This document shows positions 49,783-62,800 of a stretch of 64,000 bases of DNA, one piece after another. This DNA is from Rhynchobatus australiae (Eukaryota), in assembly GCA_034780895.1 (NCBI GenBank), contig JAUZTB010000057.1, positions 16,909,712 through 16,973,711 of the forward strand. The letters run 5' to 3'. The position numbers and the translations under genes were made by a program. The notes beneath the pieces are model-generated. The model had not been told where the DNA came from. It made no database searches and saw only the letters and a program-made list of their open reading frames with translations. Position 1 is the first letter of the stretch. Each line of letters starts with the position of its first letter.

Positions 49783-50181
49783 AGCACTGCATTTTTATTA
49801 CTCCCTACCATGTCATTAGTCTCTAATGACCATTGTATTGTAACCAACTCTTTTAGATTTGGATATGTGTTTTTTTGAAAATAGATTTCGTTAGCTTCTT
49901 CGCCGTTTATTTAATCACAGATCAATAATCTAAGTAACTTTGTCTCCTTATGAAGTCCAAACTAGTTAGTTACTTAGATGGTGACAAGCATTGTGTGAAT
50001 GAAAGCTGGTCCATTAAAGCAGTAACAATACAGTAGTGCTTCTGATAGCTGATGCTGATAACCTGAGTTTTAATAACAAAAAAACGCTTAAGAAAGATAC
50101 CTTCTACTATTATACACAGGGAACACCAACTCCCTGCTGCATTCTATACAGAGGCCGGTTTCCAGCTTTGCTTCATGGGTA

Positions 50182-50253
50182 GGGGATGTAGCTCAGTGGT
50201 AGAGCGCATGCTTTGCATGTATGAGGCCCCGGGTTCAATCCCCGGCATCTCCA
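50182..50253 (+). tRNA. tRNA-Ala (TGC)
   Basis: GGGGATGTAGCTCAGTGGTAGAGCGCATGCTTTGCATG...GGTTCAATCCCCGGCATCTCCA, 72 nt, G3:U70 identity pair; TTTT terminator at 50257. Confidence 0.97.
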
Positions 50254-50789
50254 CACTTTTATTTCCTAACCATCCGGGGGAGTTTGATTCTAAAGAACAG
50301 CATTGGGCATTTTCTAGCTTTTCACATCGCAGGACACACGTGCAAACAAACGTGTTTTTGGTAAAAATACGAGTCTAAAAATAAAATGAAGAAAATGCTC
50401 GAAATGTAAACAGTCCGCGAGCACTACAACAGATTTCACTTAAACACATATTTGTCACAGCAGATGGCGATTGTAATAATTCTGGCATTTTCTGATGTTA
50501 TTTCAATTTTGAACAGTATTTAGTTAGAATATTGAAGAGAGTGGCTTAACACTCTCTTTTTACTATGTTCGACTCACTTTGAAAACGGGTCGTCTTCCAT
50601 ATCTTGTTGACTTTTACAACTTCTAACTCTCCAGTAATGAAATACTCATTAGATAGTAAGGAAATTGAACAATATTGGAAGCAAGCCAAGCTTAGCAAGC
50701 AAACAAAACTAATCCAGTTAACTATGAATCTGCTAATGAGAAAAGAATATATTGTTGCATCAGAAAGAACAAATGACTACAGATGCTTG

Positions 50790-51235
50790 AATCTAGATTT
50801 AAAAAAAACACATACCTCATTTTCCATCTTGGAACCTTGCAGCCTAACAGCATAAACATTAAATTCTCCCACTTTAAGTAATCCCCACCCCCTTCCCTCC
50901 ACCCACCCCAACCACACCACCTCGCTTCTTCTCTTTCTTACGTTCTCTCTTTTTTCTACACCCATCTCCCACTTTCTTTTCCTTTCTCTCCCTACATTTG
51001 ACCTGGTGGTCCCTGGTGTATCTGCTCTCCCCTCCTCCCCTGCACCTGCCTATCACCATCTTGTGCCCACCCCACATCCCTCTTTTGTCCACCTATCACT
51101 GCTCTGCTTTCCCCTCCTATATATTGTGCCATTTCCCACCCTTTCCTATCTTCAGCCCCCAAGGGTCCTGAGCTGAAATGCTGACTGCCTGCTTTTCTCC
51201 ACAGATTCTGCCTGGCCTGCTGAGTTCCTCCAGTG
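50790..51235 (+). mobile_element. Penelope-like 3' fragment
   Basis: LIFHLGTLQPNSINIKF remnant, C/T-rich pLTR, common tail CTGCTGAGTTCCTCCAG. Confidence 0.7.
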
Positions 51236-51879
51236 TCAGACTGATGCATCACATTTGTTCTTCCAATTTGTATGAATATGAGTAATCCATAACCCACCTC
51301 CATATATGTTTAACAGGACTCTTATCAGTCTTAAATTTTAAGTTAATAATTCAACCAGCATCTGCTATCCCAAACTAGCATCCTCTGTGTATAAAACTGT
51401 CTTCTAGNNNNNNNNNNNNNNNNNNNNNNNNNNNNNNNNNNNNNNNNNNNNNNNNNNNNNNNNNNNNNNNNNNNNNNNNNNNNNNNNNNNNNNNNNNNNN
51501 NNNNNNNNNNNNNNNNNNNNNNNNNNNNNNNNNNNNNNNNNNNNNNNNNNNNNNNNNNNNNNNNNNNNNNNNNNNNNNNNNNNNNNNNNNNNNNNNNNNN
51601 NNNNNNNNNNNNNNNNNNNNNNNNNNNNNNNNNNNNNNNNNNNNNNNNNNNNNNNNNNNNNNNNNNNNNNNNNNNNNNNNNNNNNNNNNNNNNNNNNAAC
51701 ATTCACCTAATTGCTTCTGAGTCTTCTAAATTCCGGGGAACACAATCCCAGATTACCCCTTGCTATCTAAAGAGACCACACTGCCCCATGGACCATCACT
51801 AGCCCCATCTGTGGAACAATTTGCAGGTTCCAAGTTATTTCATATCATTAGCTACCTCAGAACCCACAAAACTGGAGTG

Positions 51880-52200
51880 GAAGATCCTTGATCCTGAGGG
51901 ACTGCCTAAGAAAGAACGGTAATTTGTGGTGTGGCATCTTCCACAGTTTACATTGGGCTTCTGTGTGGTCACCATGCATGAACTCAATTCAGGGTGCTCC
52001 CCATGCTGAATGCTCCATTTCTACTTTGAGCAGTCATGGGCCAGGGATTTTTCAAGATGGCTTTGAGCACATTCTTGAGTATTTTCTTCGATCTGCCTGG
52101 TAATCTCTTACTGTGACAGCTTAGAATGAAGTATGTTCCAAGAGTCTGAAAGCAGGCATGCAAACATTGTGCTTGACCAACTGACTGTAAGAAGGGCATC
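51880..52200 (-). mobile_element. RTE-clade LINE fragment
   Basis: KRLPGRSKKILKNVLKAILK, similar to the RTE C-terminal motif. Confidence 0.55.
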
Positions 52201-53802
52201 AATGGCCTTGGAGAGGACACGGTTGTTGTTTCACTTATTCTTCCTCCTTCCTAGACCAAAACAACCATCCTAAAAGTACGGTACCTTGAACTGAATACAA
52301 GTATCTAACCAGGGCTTTGTTAGGCTGTAGTGGAATTTGCAATCCAATTTACTTCTTTTCTAAATAAGAGCATCACCAACAAATCCAGCATTATTGGTCT
52401 CACCCTAGAAAATGTAATGTGCCATCCTTCTTGAACTATAGTTGCTGTTGCAGAAAGCAGTCCAGCACTTAGACCCATTTGTCCTCTCGACCTTCAGGTA
52501 TCATTCCATTTGATTTTTGATTATTTTTTGTACCAATCCATGACATTTTAACAACTTGTGTACAAAACACCAAGTCACTTTGAACCCCTGCTGGTTCTTG
52601 GTTTAACATTACATCATAATTGGTAATGATTATACTAGATATACAGATTGGATGAGATAATTTAACAATTTACAACAGGACATTTCAAGAGCAAGTCCCA
52701 CTTGAGATTACTACTATCCACATGAAGACTGCTGAGGAAACCAGATCCTTTCGAGTTCAAAGTAAAACTTTAGCATGCTCAAAGCTGCTGGAAAAATGGC
52801 CGAGAAACTTACTAAATTCCAGCATAAAATCCAGCTGATAAAGAGAAATTACTAAACCCCTTCACTCCACCAAACAGTTACAAATTTCATATTATTAGAG
52901 CATGTTTGCACATGGAAGCTTCACCTTCCTAAAGCAAACAAAATGTTCAGAAAAAGCTTGCATTATAATGTTTTTGCTCTGAGACATTAGGAAGTTCATT
53001 TTAAGTTATTTTGTAAAGCAATCTTCATCATTTGATGATGTTTAAATTTGTCCCACAGCAAGGCAAATTATCACACTCCATAGCTGGCAATACTTATAAC
53101 AAATCGACAGTGAGTTCTGCAGCGTACAAGAATGATTCCATTATATGAGAATGAAACTTAAAGATCAGACTCTTTGATAATGGCAAAAAAAACACTCAGA
53201 AGCAGCTTATGTATACTATAAGTTTTATTTGTAAAATTGCAACTACCAAACAAGAATGAATTGGTCTGCTTAGACATTTTTAATGGTGTTTTGTGGACTT
53301 GTCTTGGACCATTTCTTTCCCACCCTGATCTTATAAAGACCAAAATCTTAGTTTACAAGGCAACTGCACCTAAAGTACTTTTACTGCTACAGTAAAATTA
53401 CAGGTTAAAAATAATGCTACAAGTGGCATTTATTTTTCACGTTACAAATGGTTACAGCGCAGCAAAATAGGGAATACGAGAAATCAAATAAAGCTCCTTT
53501 GAAATCAGTATCAAAAGCTACCTCAATACAAGGGTTCAACTGCAATGTGGATCGCTCCAATGCCAAACCACCAACAAATCCAAATTGGTTTGCTTCTCAG
53601 ATACATGTACCAGTTAACACTTTTACATTCTTTGACATGTGCAAAATATTATTTCATATCTACACTCTTTTGAGTTAAATTTTCTTTCTTCAAACACTGT
53701 TAAATGAATTCATGATCAGAAAGACATACAAAAATAATTCCACCAAAGAGGGTCATTTCTGGATTAAAACGATTTCCATCAACTGGAAATTAAAGCTGCA
53801 TT

Positions 53803-53885
53803 TTATATTTTTATTGGAGGCCAGTGAAGAGAAATTTCTGCGTGCATTGCCTCGGGAAGCCATTGACAATAAGCTGATAATAGGT
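53803..53885 (-). CDS. DHX37: DHX37 terminal coding exon ([26 protein letters not shown])
   Basis: GAACAG| acceptor, TAA at 53805-53803; downstream AATAAA at 53434-53429. Confidence 0.94.
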
Positions 53886-56800
53886 CTGTTCAAAAGAAAA
53901 AAAATGAAAACAATAATACAAGATTAATTATCACAGAATATTTAACTATCAGGAAATCTAAACATTTAGTATTTTTTAAAAAAACAGAAAAGCAAGTTAT
54001 TCATTAAATTGAGAGAAATTAGGAGTTGACATTCAAAGAGACCAAGGTATGTTTCTACACGTGACACTGAAAGCGAACACACAGGTGCTGAGAGTGATTA
54101 AGATAGCAAATGGCAGGTCAGTCTTTATTATGAGAAAGTTTGATTAGAGAAGTAATTGTTTAGGACCTTGCTGAGACTGCGGCTGGATATATTTTGTACA
54201 GTTTTGGTCTCCTTACCCAAGAAAGGAAATACTTGTGATTGAGGGAGGGCAGCAAAGACGAACCAGATTGGTTACAGGAATGGGAGACATTGAATAGACT
54301 GGGACTGTGTTCCTTAGAGTTTAGAAGGATGAGGGATCTCATTGACACTTACAAAATTCTTAAAGGGCTTGACAAGCTAATGGCAGAACAGTTCCCCTGA
54401 CAGAAGAGTCTAGTTTGGGAATAAGAGGTAGGTTGTGCAGGGCTGAGAGGAGGAGAAACTTCTTAACTCAGAAGATGGTGAACCTTTGGAATTCTCTACC
54501 CTGGATGGTTATGGAAGTTCAATCGTTTGTTCATTTGAGATTACTGGGCATTAAGTGAATCAAAAGTATGGAGCTAGTTCTGGAAAGTGGCACTGAGGTA
54601 GAAGACATCAACCCTGATCGTGATGGATGGAGAAGCAGGCTCCAAGGACTAGATGACCAACAACTGCTCCTATTTGTTACACTCTATAATTTTACTGGAG
54701 CATTACTATATTCAACAAAAGAACTTCTGAGTTGTGCAAACATTTATCTCGGCACTAGGCAACATGAGATAAAAGCATAATAGTCTTCTCACATTTATTA
54801 TCTTTCTTCCAGGCAGCGAGCAACACATCGTGGCTGTCCACCTTTTCAGAAACCAGAGCTCTCAGCAGTGCATCTGTCCTTGGCTGAAGCCTTTGAAATA
54901 GCAGGATTTTAGTTACTGGTCTTGCACACAAATCAAAAAATGACACCAAGTAATAAAATCTATTTAATTTCCCCACTCCACCCAATGCCACCTGCACCCC
55001 AAATAAGTATCTCAATAATATTGCTAAATTAATTTTTATGGCATAACTCATAGGCTTTGGCAATTATTTAAACAACAACAATACCTCCAAAGAAACAAAG
55101 TTCTACGAAGTGTAACACACCGACACGTCCCCACCAGGGGGTGCGGCACGCTGACATTCCTCTCCCCCCCTCCTCCCCCCACCGCCGCCTGGTGTCAGGG
55201 TCATTGTGCCCAGTACCAGACAATAGAAACAGACACTGCTTCAANNNNNNNNNNNNNNNNNNNNNNNNNNNNNNNNNNNNNNNNNNNNNNNNNNNNNNNN
55301 NNNNNNNNNNNNNNNNNNNNNNNNNNNNNNNNNNNNNNNNNNNNCTTCAAGTTCTTTCACGGGAAGAGATTGCCCAACAAACAGAAAAAGATTCAAGGAC
55401 TGCTCAAAGTAGAGGAGCAGCATCTGGAATGGTATCAAGAATTTTGAGACCATGCATCAGGAGCACAGAAGCTCTGTGAGAGTGGTGGAACACCTCACAA
55501 ACTACCCACCCACCTTACCTCCTGCCTCATCAATGGGGGAATCCAAAGCTCCCACATGGGCACCATTAGCTACCCTTGACTCAAAACCACAGTGGAAGCA
55601 AGTCATCTTCAATCCCGAGGAAATGTCCAAGACGAGAAGACAGTAACTACTTGATCCAGTACACCGGCATAGCAGCCTTGATCCAATTCCAAATGGGCGC
55701 ATATGCACTTTTATCAAATTCACTAAAAAGTCTCTCTGTCTTTAGCACTAGAGATTAGTAATTGAAATGGTGAGAGTTTATCAAATACTACTCTAACATT
55801 GTCATTTCATGCTTAGTTGTTGCTGAAAATGTACAAACTTACTTGGCCCAGGACTTTAACATAGTCGATGGACTGGAAAGTAGACACTTGGTGTACGAGG
55901 CAAATTTTTTAATTACCTTCAATGTAGAGTGGAAAATAAATAAACAATTAGTTATAAAGCAGGTAATGCATGATTAATTGTCTTCCATCTTTACTTAACT
56001 CAAGAGATCAGCAATTTTTCACCTTCCTAACCAAGTAGAACTCAACCATTACTCTCTCTCCTTCACCCTGTCAATTAATTTTTTTAGGTCACTGGTACGC
56101 AAGGATCTGCAGGTTGGTGACCTTATTAAGAATCAGCCAATCTCACTGAGCTCAGCCTTTAGAAGAGGCATAAATGCTTCCATCATTCCTGTGGAGAAAT
56201 ACCCGCTCTAAAACTGGCAGCTTGATGCATCCTTACAGCTTTCCTTACCACCCATATTCCTGGATATCTTTGTTCACTTTGCCATTTCATTTCGAGTTCT
56301 GTTCCTCCATCACTGGGATGTCACCACATATTTTGCAGAATGAAACTAAGATCCACTTGATTGGACAGCAGTACAAACACCCTGCTCTTTACATTGCTTT
56401 TTGAAAGTTCAGTATTAATTAGAAGTTTATGAGATAATTCTGTTAGAAATCCAGCTATATGCTTTCCTTTACATAATTGATTTCTAGAACAATTTAAAAA
56501 AAAATTTACAACCAATGATATTCACTGGTTCGAACTTCCATTGATGTAATTGGTTTAAGAATATATTACTGCAATTCAGTCAAATTGCACTCACCATTTT
56601 AAATACTTCAAGCTGCACGAAACCATGCATTGTGAGTTGTGCCCCAGGTTTCCTCATTTATGTTAAATTAGTTGACCTCAGCTGAAATGGCAGAACTGGC
56701 TTCTGCCATTCAGTAAAAGGAGGAAAAAAAACAAGTGCGGATATCTAATAAGGAAACAGTTGCGTGTGATGACGCTCCATGCAAATGTACACCACACTGC

Positions 56801-59800
56801 CACTCACCAGATAGGAATGGCAAAGTGACAGATTTCGACTTGGCAACCATGAAAATGCACTTCAGTAAGTAATTAATGCCACAAGAGAGGAATGACATGG
56901 GAGAAAACCATTAGACGAAGGCAGAACAGAAATACACCACCATCCACACAAAAAAAAACTTGTTTCATTGGGCGTTTTTGGCAAGGGGCTTTGCAATTTT
57001 TGGCTGTAGAATTCATCTCATCAATAATTTCACTGTAAAGGCTGCAATTATGGAATTCATCAGATGTAAAATTGACAGCTAGAATTCAACTCCTTTAGTG
57101 AAGTATTGCTTTAGGAAATACTCACTGTTCCTTCCAACAAAAACTTGGCAAAGTACTTGTATCGGTCCAGTCCCTCTGGGTAGTCTACTTCGACCGCAGG
57201 AAGTTGCCAGCCAACTCTGACTATAAATAGAAATATAGCAATTGATGAATATAGAAAACTTACCTTTCTACACCAAATATAAAGGCAAGAAAATTTTTAC
57301 TGAAGTCTAAGTTTCATTGAGTAAAATCCCTTGCCCTTCCATTACGTAGTCCTTGTACTACCCAAAGGCAGAATTCCTCCTCAGGGTCCAGTTAACACAG
57401 ATACGTATTAGTAATAGTTAACCCATCAACTTACAAAAGGTACTTTCTCTGTGACATTTAACCCGACCAGTCTTAGGGCAGTAACGTGGAGGGGGTGTAT
57501 CCAGAGGTTTTCCATAATGACTGTACTGGGGCAGGAGGAGAGGGATCCACTCAGGTTCAATCACAGTCAGCCCTGGTAAGAGGATTTGATTTCACAATTG
57601 TTAAATTTGCATTAAATGAACATTAAAAATATAGCTTTATAAATTTTACAAAAGAGATGTTCAACAGAATTGCTACTGTATATGAGGCGTTCAAATTGTT
57701 ACACATTTCATAACATCATNNNNNATACAGCCTATCAAAAATCTCCCCGTATGAAACATCTTTCTAGCCTAATTTGCTCCATTCCATTGCTCTCAGAAAA
57801 AACAAAGAATGCAATGAATAATATTAATGAAAAGCATTTGATCTACAGATTGAAAATAGTTTGAAATGTCTATTATACCTAGACATTTAATGCTTAGACA
57901 TATTATACCTGTCTATTTCATATGCTCATATTAAATCAATATGAACATATTGATTTGGAAAACTATATTAGAATCTTTTAGAAAGTGAAAGGGACAGCCA
58001 TAGTCAGGCTGGCCAAAGTGGTGGCAGGCAGTGTATTGCAGGAAAATGAGAGGTTACCCACTTTGGCAGGAAGATCAAGAAGAAAACCTATTGAGCACTG
58101 AGAAACTACTAAATGTTGGTGAAGGATCACAGAAGTAAATATGCAAGATAAGAGAATTTGCTATGTGCACAAATGTAGCTTGAGGTATTTTCAACAATAT
58201 TTCTTATGTAGATGAATGGCAAAAATGTGGCTGAAGTCACTTGCAGATGTGAAGTTCAAAGATCGGCGAGCAAGCTGCTCCAAAGGCCCAGTCAACAAGT
58301 CCAAGTTCAAACTATCACTAAAGCCTATATTCCCCAGGGTGTGTGGTTGAGATTGTTTCACTTTACAAATATATTTTTTGCAATAATCCAAGCACCTGAT
58401 TAGTGATAAAGTACAGAATAAAACAAAGCAATTGTGAAAGAAGGGATTTTCAGTGTGCTAACATTGAACTAATTTAAAAACATTTATAGCTGCAAATGGA
58501 TCTAATATGGCAAAAAGGAAAGCATTCCCAATGGATAAATACACATTTCTGCTGTATCTTTATGGCTGTAGGGGTGATTCCGCTTGGTTCATGTGGTAAT
58601 ACTCCAGGTACATGTAACATTTCCACTATAAACAGGTCTTTTGGCCAACCACATCCATGCCAACGTTTTGCCTATCTACACTAATCCTACAAGTATCTGC
58701 TCCCAATCTGCTTTTGCCAGGTCCTCTCTTCTTATGCTGTTGAAATCAGCCTTCCCCCAATTCAAAGATGCAAAACTACCTAGCTATGGTTTTAAAAACT
58801 ACGCTTTAGGTCTTTGCTAGGTTAACGGAACTATAACCATTTAAAAATCCNNNNNNNNNNNNNNNNNNNNNNNNNNNNNNNNNNNNNNNNNNNNNNNNNN
58901 NNNNNNNNNNNNNNNNNNNNNNNNNNNNNNNNNNNNNNNNNNNNNNNNNNTAGGTTAACTGAACTATAACCATTTAAAAATCCATTGTTAGGATAAATAG
59001 TGATGTGAAATAGAATGGATTAAATCTAGTTGTGAAAAATACATCAAAGCTACAAATGTTCTCAAAAATTCAGAATCAACTTTTGGAAATCAGTGCATCC
59101 TTCCTTAATTTTAGGAAGATAAAATCCATAGCAGTTTTGCCAGAACACAGCTACTGCAAACTCAATTTCCTGTCCATAAAATGAGAACTGCTGCAAGTAG
59201 AGGAATATATAGCAGCATGCTTCAATATCTCACCTTTAATGGCCTTGTCTTTTATATTTATGAATCATCCTTGTGATGTTAATTGTTAAAAAAGGACTGC
59301 AAAGTTTGTTAGTAAGTTTGGAGAGAAGTGCATCCTTTTTACCTTGCATGTACATCTTAGAAGTCTCAACTATTTCTTGATAAACCACAAACTCAGGAAG
59401 ATGTTTGAAAAGCACTGAATTTGGATGGATAAACACTGGCTCATCAAGGAGAGGGGTCTGAAGAGCATAATAGACAAGAGTTAGATCAAATCTAGAGCAG
59501 TTCATTCATGTCGCAACTCAAAGCTGAAATCTTTGCGCCAAGGTTCAATTCACTCTACCTTGTAGGCATGTCTCCATTTTTCATCTAACACTTCCTCCGA
59601 TTGGATTTTCCTTGCAATGTGATCCCCAAGACCAGCCATTACAATCTGTCTTAAGTACAGGACCTGAGTCTCTGTTGGTGGTTTCATCTTGGGATCAACA
59701 AACAATCCAAGTTGTGGAAAGACAGCAGTTACTGTAGAAGGCAAAGAGACAACAGCCATTCAGAAAGTACCCAAATTACAATAACTAAAATTCAAGAACC

Positions 59801-62800
59801 ATTCAGTTCTTGAACCAACTGGCAGAACCCTAATCACTACAGTTTAGCATCACTATAATCACTTTGCACTAAAGTGGGTAGTTTTCCAATGCTGTGCAAA
59901 GATGGAGCACTTGGAGAGCAGATATACCACCTTAAGTAGTAAAATTGAACATTGGAAAGAGCTGTATGAAGAGCAAATAAGATTACCCATCAAATAAACA
60001 ATGAAGCTATAGAATAGAGAAACCATAAGGCATTACCACAAGTGGCTTTGAACCCAGTCAAGTTAACCACAGCACTTGTTTGTGCATAAATGCATACCAG
60101 TATTTACACAGCACCAGGATTCAACTGAACCAACCCTCATCAGGATGGGGGAAAATGCTTATTCAGGCATGCACCTAATCTGCAGACACTCCTCAATGCT
60201 GCAGAGTGGATAACCCGATTGATCACTCACCATCTTATTGTTAGGATTGTAGGAAAAGGAGTTAGCCATACAAGCTCTCAAATCAGTCCTATCATTCAAA
60301 TGGGCCATGAATGATCTGTACCTTAACTTTATTTATCTTATTTTGATCCACACCCAATGTCTACAACCTACTGAAGAAAAACTGCAGATCTCCTTGGTAT
60401 AGAAAAATTGCTTCCTGATTTCACTCAGGAATGGCCAACTCAAATTTAGAAACTGTTCTTCCTTGTTCAAAATAAATTCATTTATTTAAATGCAAATTAA
60501 AAAATATATAGTTTAAGAGTACAAAACTGGGAAGTAGTGTTGAAATTGTCTAGGCAACAACTGAAGTACTCCATCCAGTTCTATCCACCACACTTTAGGA
60601 AAGATGTGAAGGTCCCAGGGAGAGAGCACCAAAGATGTGGAGTGGTTCTCGGAATGATTTCAGCTCTAAGGTTGGAATGTAGAAGCTGGGGTTATTCTCC
60701 TTGGAACAAAGATGATTGAGAAGAGATTTGGTGGTGATGTATTAGACCTGGTTCAGATGGGATAACTAAAGGGAAGCTGTTCCCATTGGTGGATGGTTCG
60801 ATGACTAGGAGAAACAGATTTAAAATTCCAGGCAAAGGATATAAAGGGGATGAGATGAAAGGAATTTTTTAAATACATAATATAATCATAATCTGGAATT
60901 CTCTGCCTCAGGTGGCAGAATAAGGGGTTTCAGTGGAGAATTGGAAAGAGAATAATTTATCCAATGAATTACTGGTCCATTTTATACATGGGAAAAGAGT
61001 ATTAGAATGGGACTGATGAGATTGCTCAATTCAAAGATGGTGTTGACTTGATACTTCAAATGTGTTGTAACGATTCTAATTTTGCCACCAAATAGCTTCT
61101 CTGTATCTATCCTTTCAGATCCTTCCATAATTTCAAACACCTTAATTGGACCATGTAATCCATGTCTCATTGTAGCTCCTTACACCCTTCTGTTCCACTT
61201 AATTTCAAAGAAGGGCTGCCAAGTGATGAATAAAATAAAATTCTGGCCTGCACGAGATATTTTAAAACATGCTTTTTGAAAAGCACAATTTATTTGCAGG
61301 GTTGGGGCCCCAGGACAAAATGGGGAGCCAAGGGAGGGAGGAAAGTCTGCAACAAAATAGCACCAAGGGCTTCTTGGAACAGCATGTGCGATATTTACTT
61401 TTAAATGTTTACCCCCTAATTCTGTTTTTTTAATCCCATTAAGACATACGATTAACATGCCAATAAAGTTTCTGTTAATCGCATGTTAACTACAATTAAT
61501 GCGCTCAAAACCTACTTAGAAACTGCTGCAAATTAGAGGCATAGAGCTGAACAGCACAGTAACAGGCCCTTTGGCCCACTTCATCCATACTGACCGTGAT
61601 GCTCACCTGCGCTAATCCCACTTGCCCGTATCTCTCTATGCCTTTCCTATCCAAGTACCTGCTCAAATGAATTTTGAGCATTTTAATTGTACCACCTCTA
61701 CACTTCTTCTGGATGCTACTCCCTCCAGGTTATTGATAAAAACGATGAGAAGCCAAGACTCTATTACAGATTCATGGGAAATTCCACCATGGTTATTGTG
61801 CCAATCAGAATATATTAATTACCATCTGCCATCTTATCCAATATCCTAAACAAATCACACAATGAAACACCAATTTCATTTTTCTTTGTTTTGGAAAATT
61901 CTTTTAACAGTTGAAGTTATTCATCAATTCTTACCAACATTTGTTAGCTGCCCTCGTAAACGTCTGACCTCAACCATCGCCTTATGTCGAAGTCCATTTT
62001 TTATACAGAACTGAGGGGTACATCCTGCATACTCACAGGCACCAACAGCACCTAAATAATCAGAAACATGCAGGAAAAGAAAACTAAAATGTAGTTATTT
62101 AAACAGTAAAAAGCAAAGTATTAGAAATTGCAGGATTTTACTATTTTTAAGACTGCAATGCAATAACTTTGAAAGCTCAGTCACAGTAACTGTGCCTGAA
62201 TTTTTAATGTGATTTACCACACAGTCCTTGAAGTTTGGAACCATCGTTAATATAAGCCATTTTGTTTGTTTTCAACCTTTCCCATCCCAAATATTAATTT
62301 CATTCTGTTGTGACAAATAAAGCTACAACTAACATTTTCCCTATTTTCCACTCAAGTTAGTTTTCTGGCATTTGACCTCTTATCCAATGAATTATTTGTC
62401 TATTTTACAGACACTAGCCTGGACACAGTGTTGGCTAGCTTACTATGTACATACTTCACTTAACACTGCGATCTCTGCAAATGTACTTGAGAAACAAAAC
62501 CAGACAAAAATGCACCTCAAACCAAAGTAGTAAATGTTAGGTAACTAAAAAGGTCAAAAAGACACAGTTAAAGCCATGAAGTGGCTTAGAGAGGGAAGTT
62601 CAGTCCTGGTTTCGCCATTGTTGGTAGATTCTCAGATGGCAACGAAGAGGCTTACAGGAATGAGATAGATTGGCTGGTTGAGTGGTGTCACAACAACAAC
62701 CTCGCACTCAACGTCAGCAAGACCATGGAATTGATTATGGACTTCATGAAGGGGAGGTTGGGAGAACACACACCAGTCCCCATTGAGGGGCCAGCGGTGG

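Noticed and set aside
53809-53815. AATAAA overlapping the last DHX37 codons
   Set aside because: Explained by Pro-Ile-Lys codons; more plausible poly(A) signals lie downstream (53434, 53229).
58818-58983. 33-bp sequence duplicated on both sides of a 100-N gap
   Set aside because: Typical unmerged contig overlap or allelic difference (one mismatch); probably an assembly artefact.
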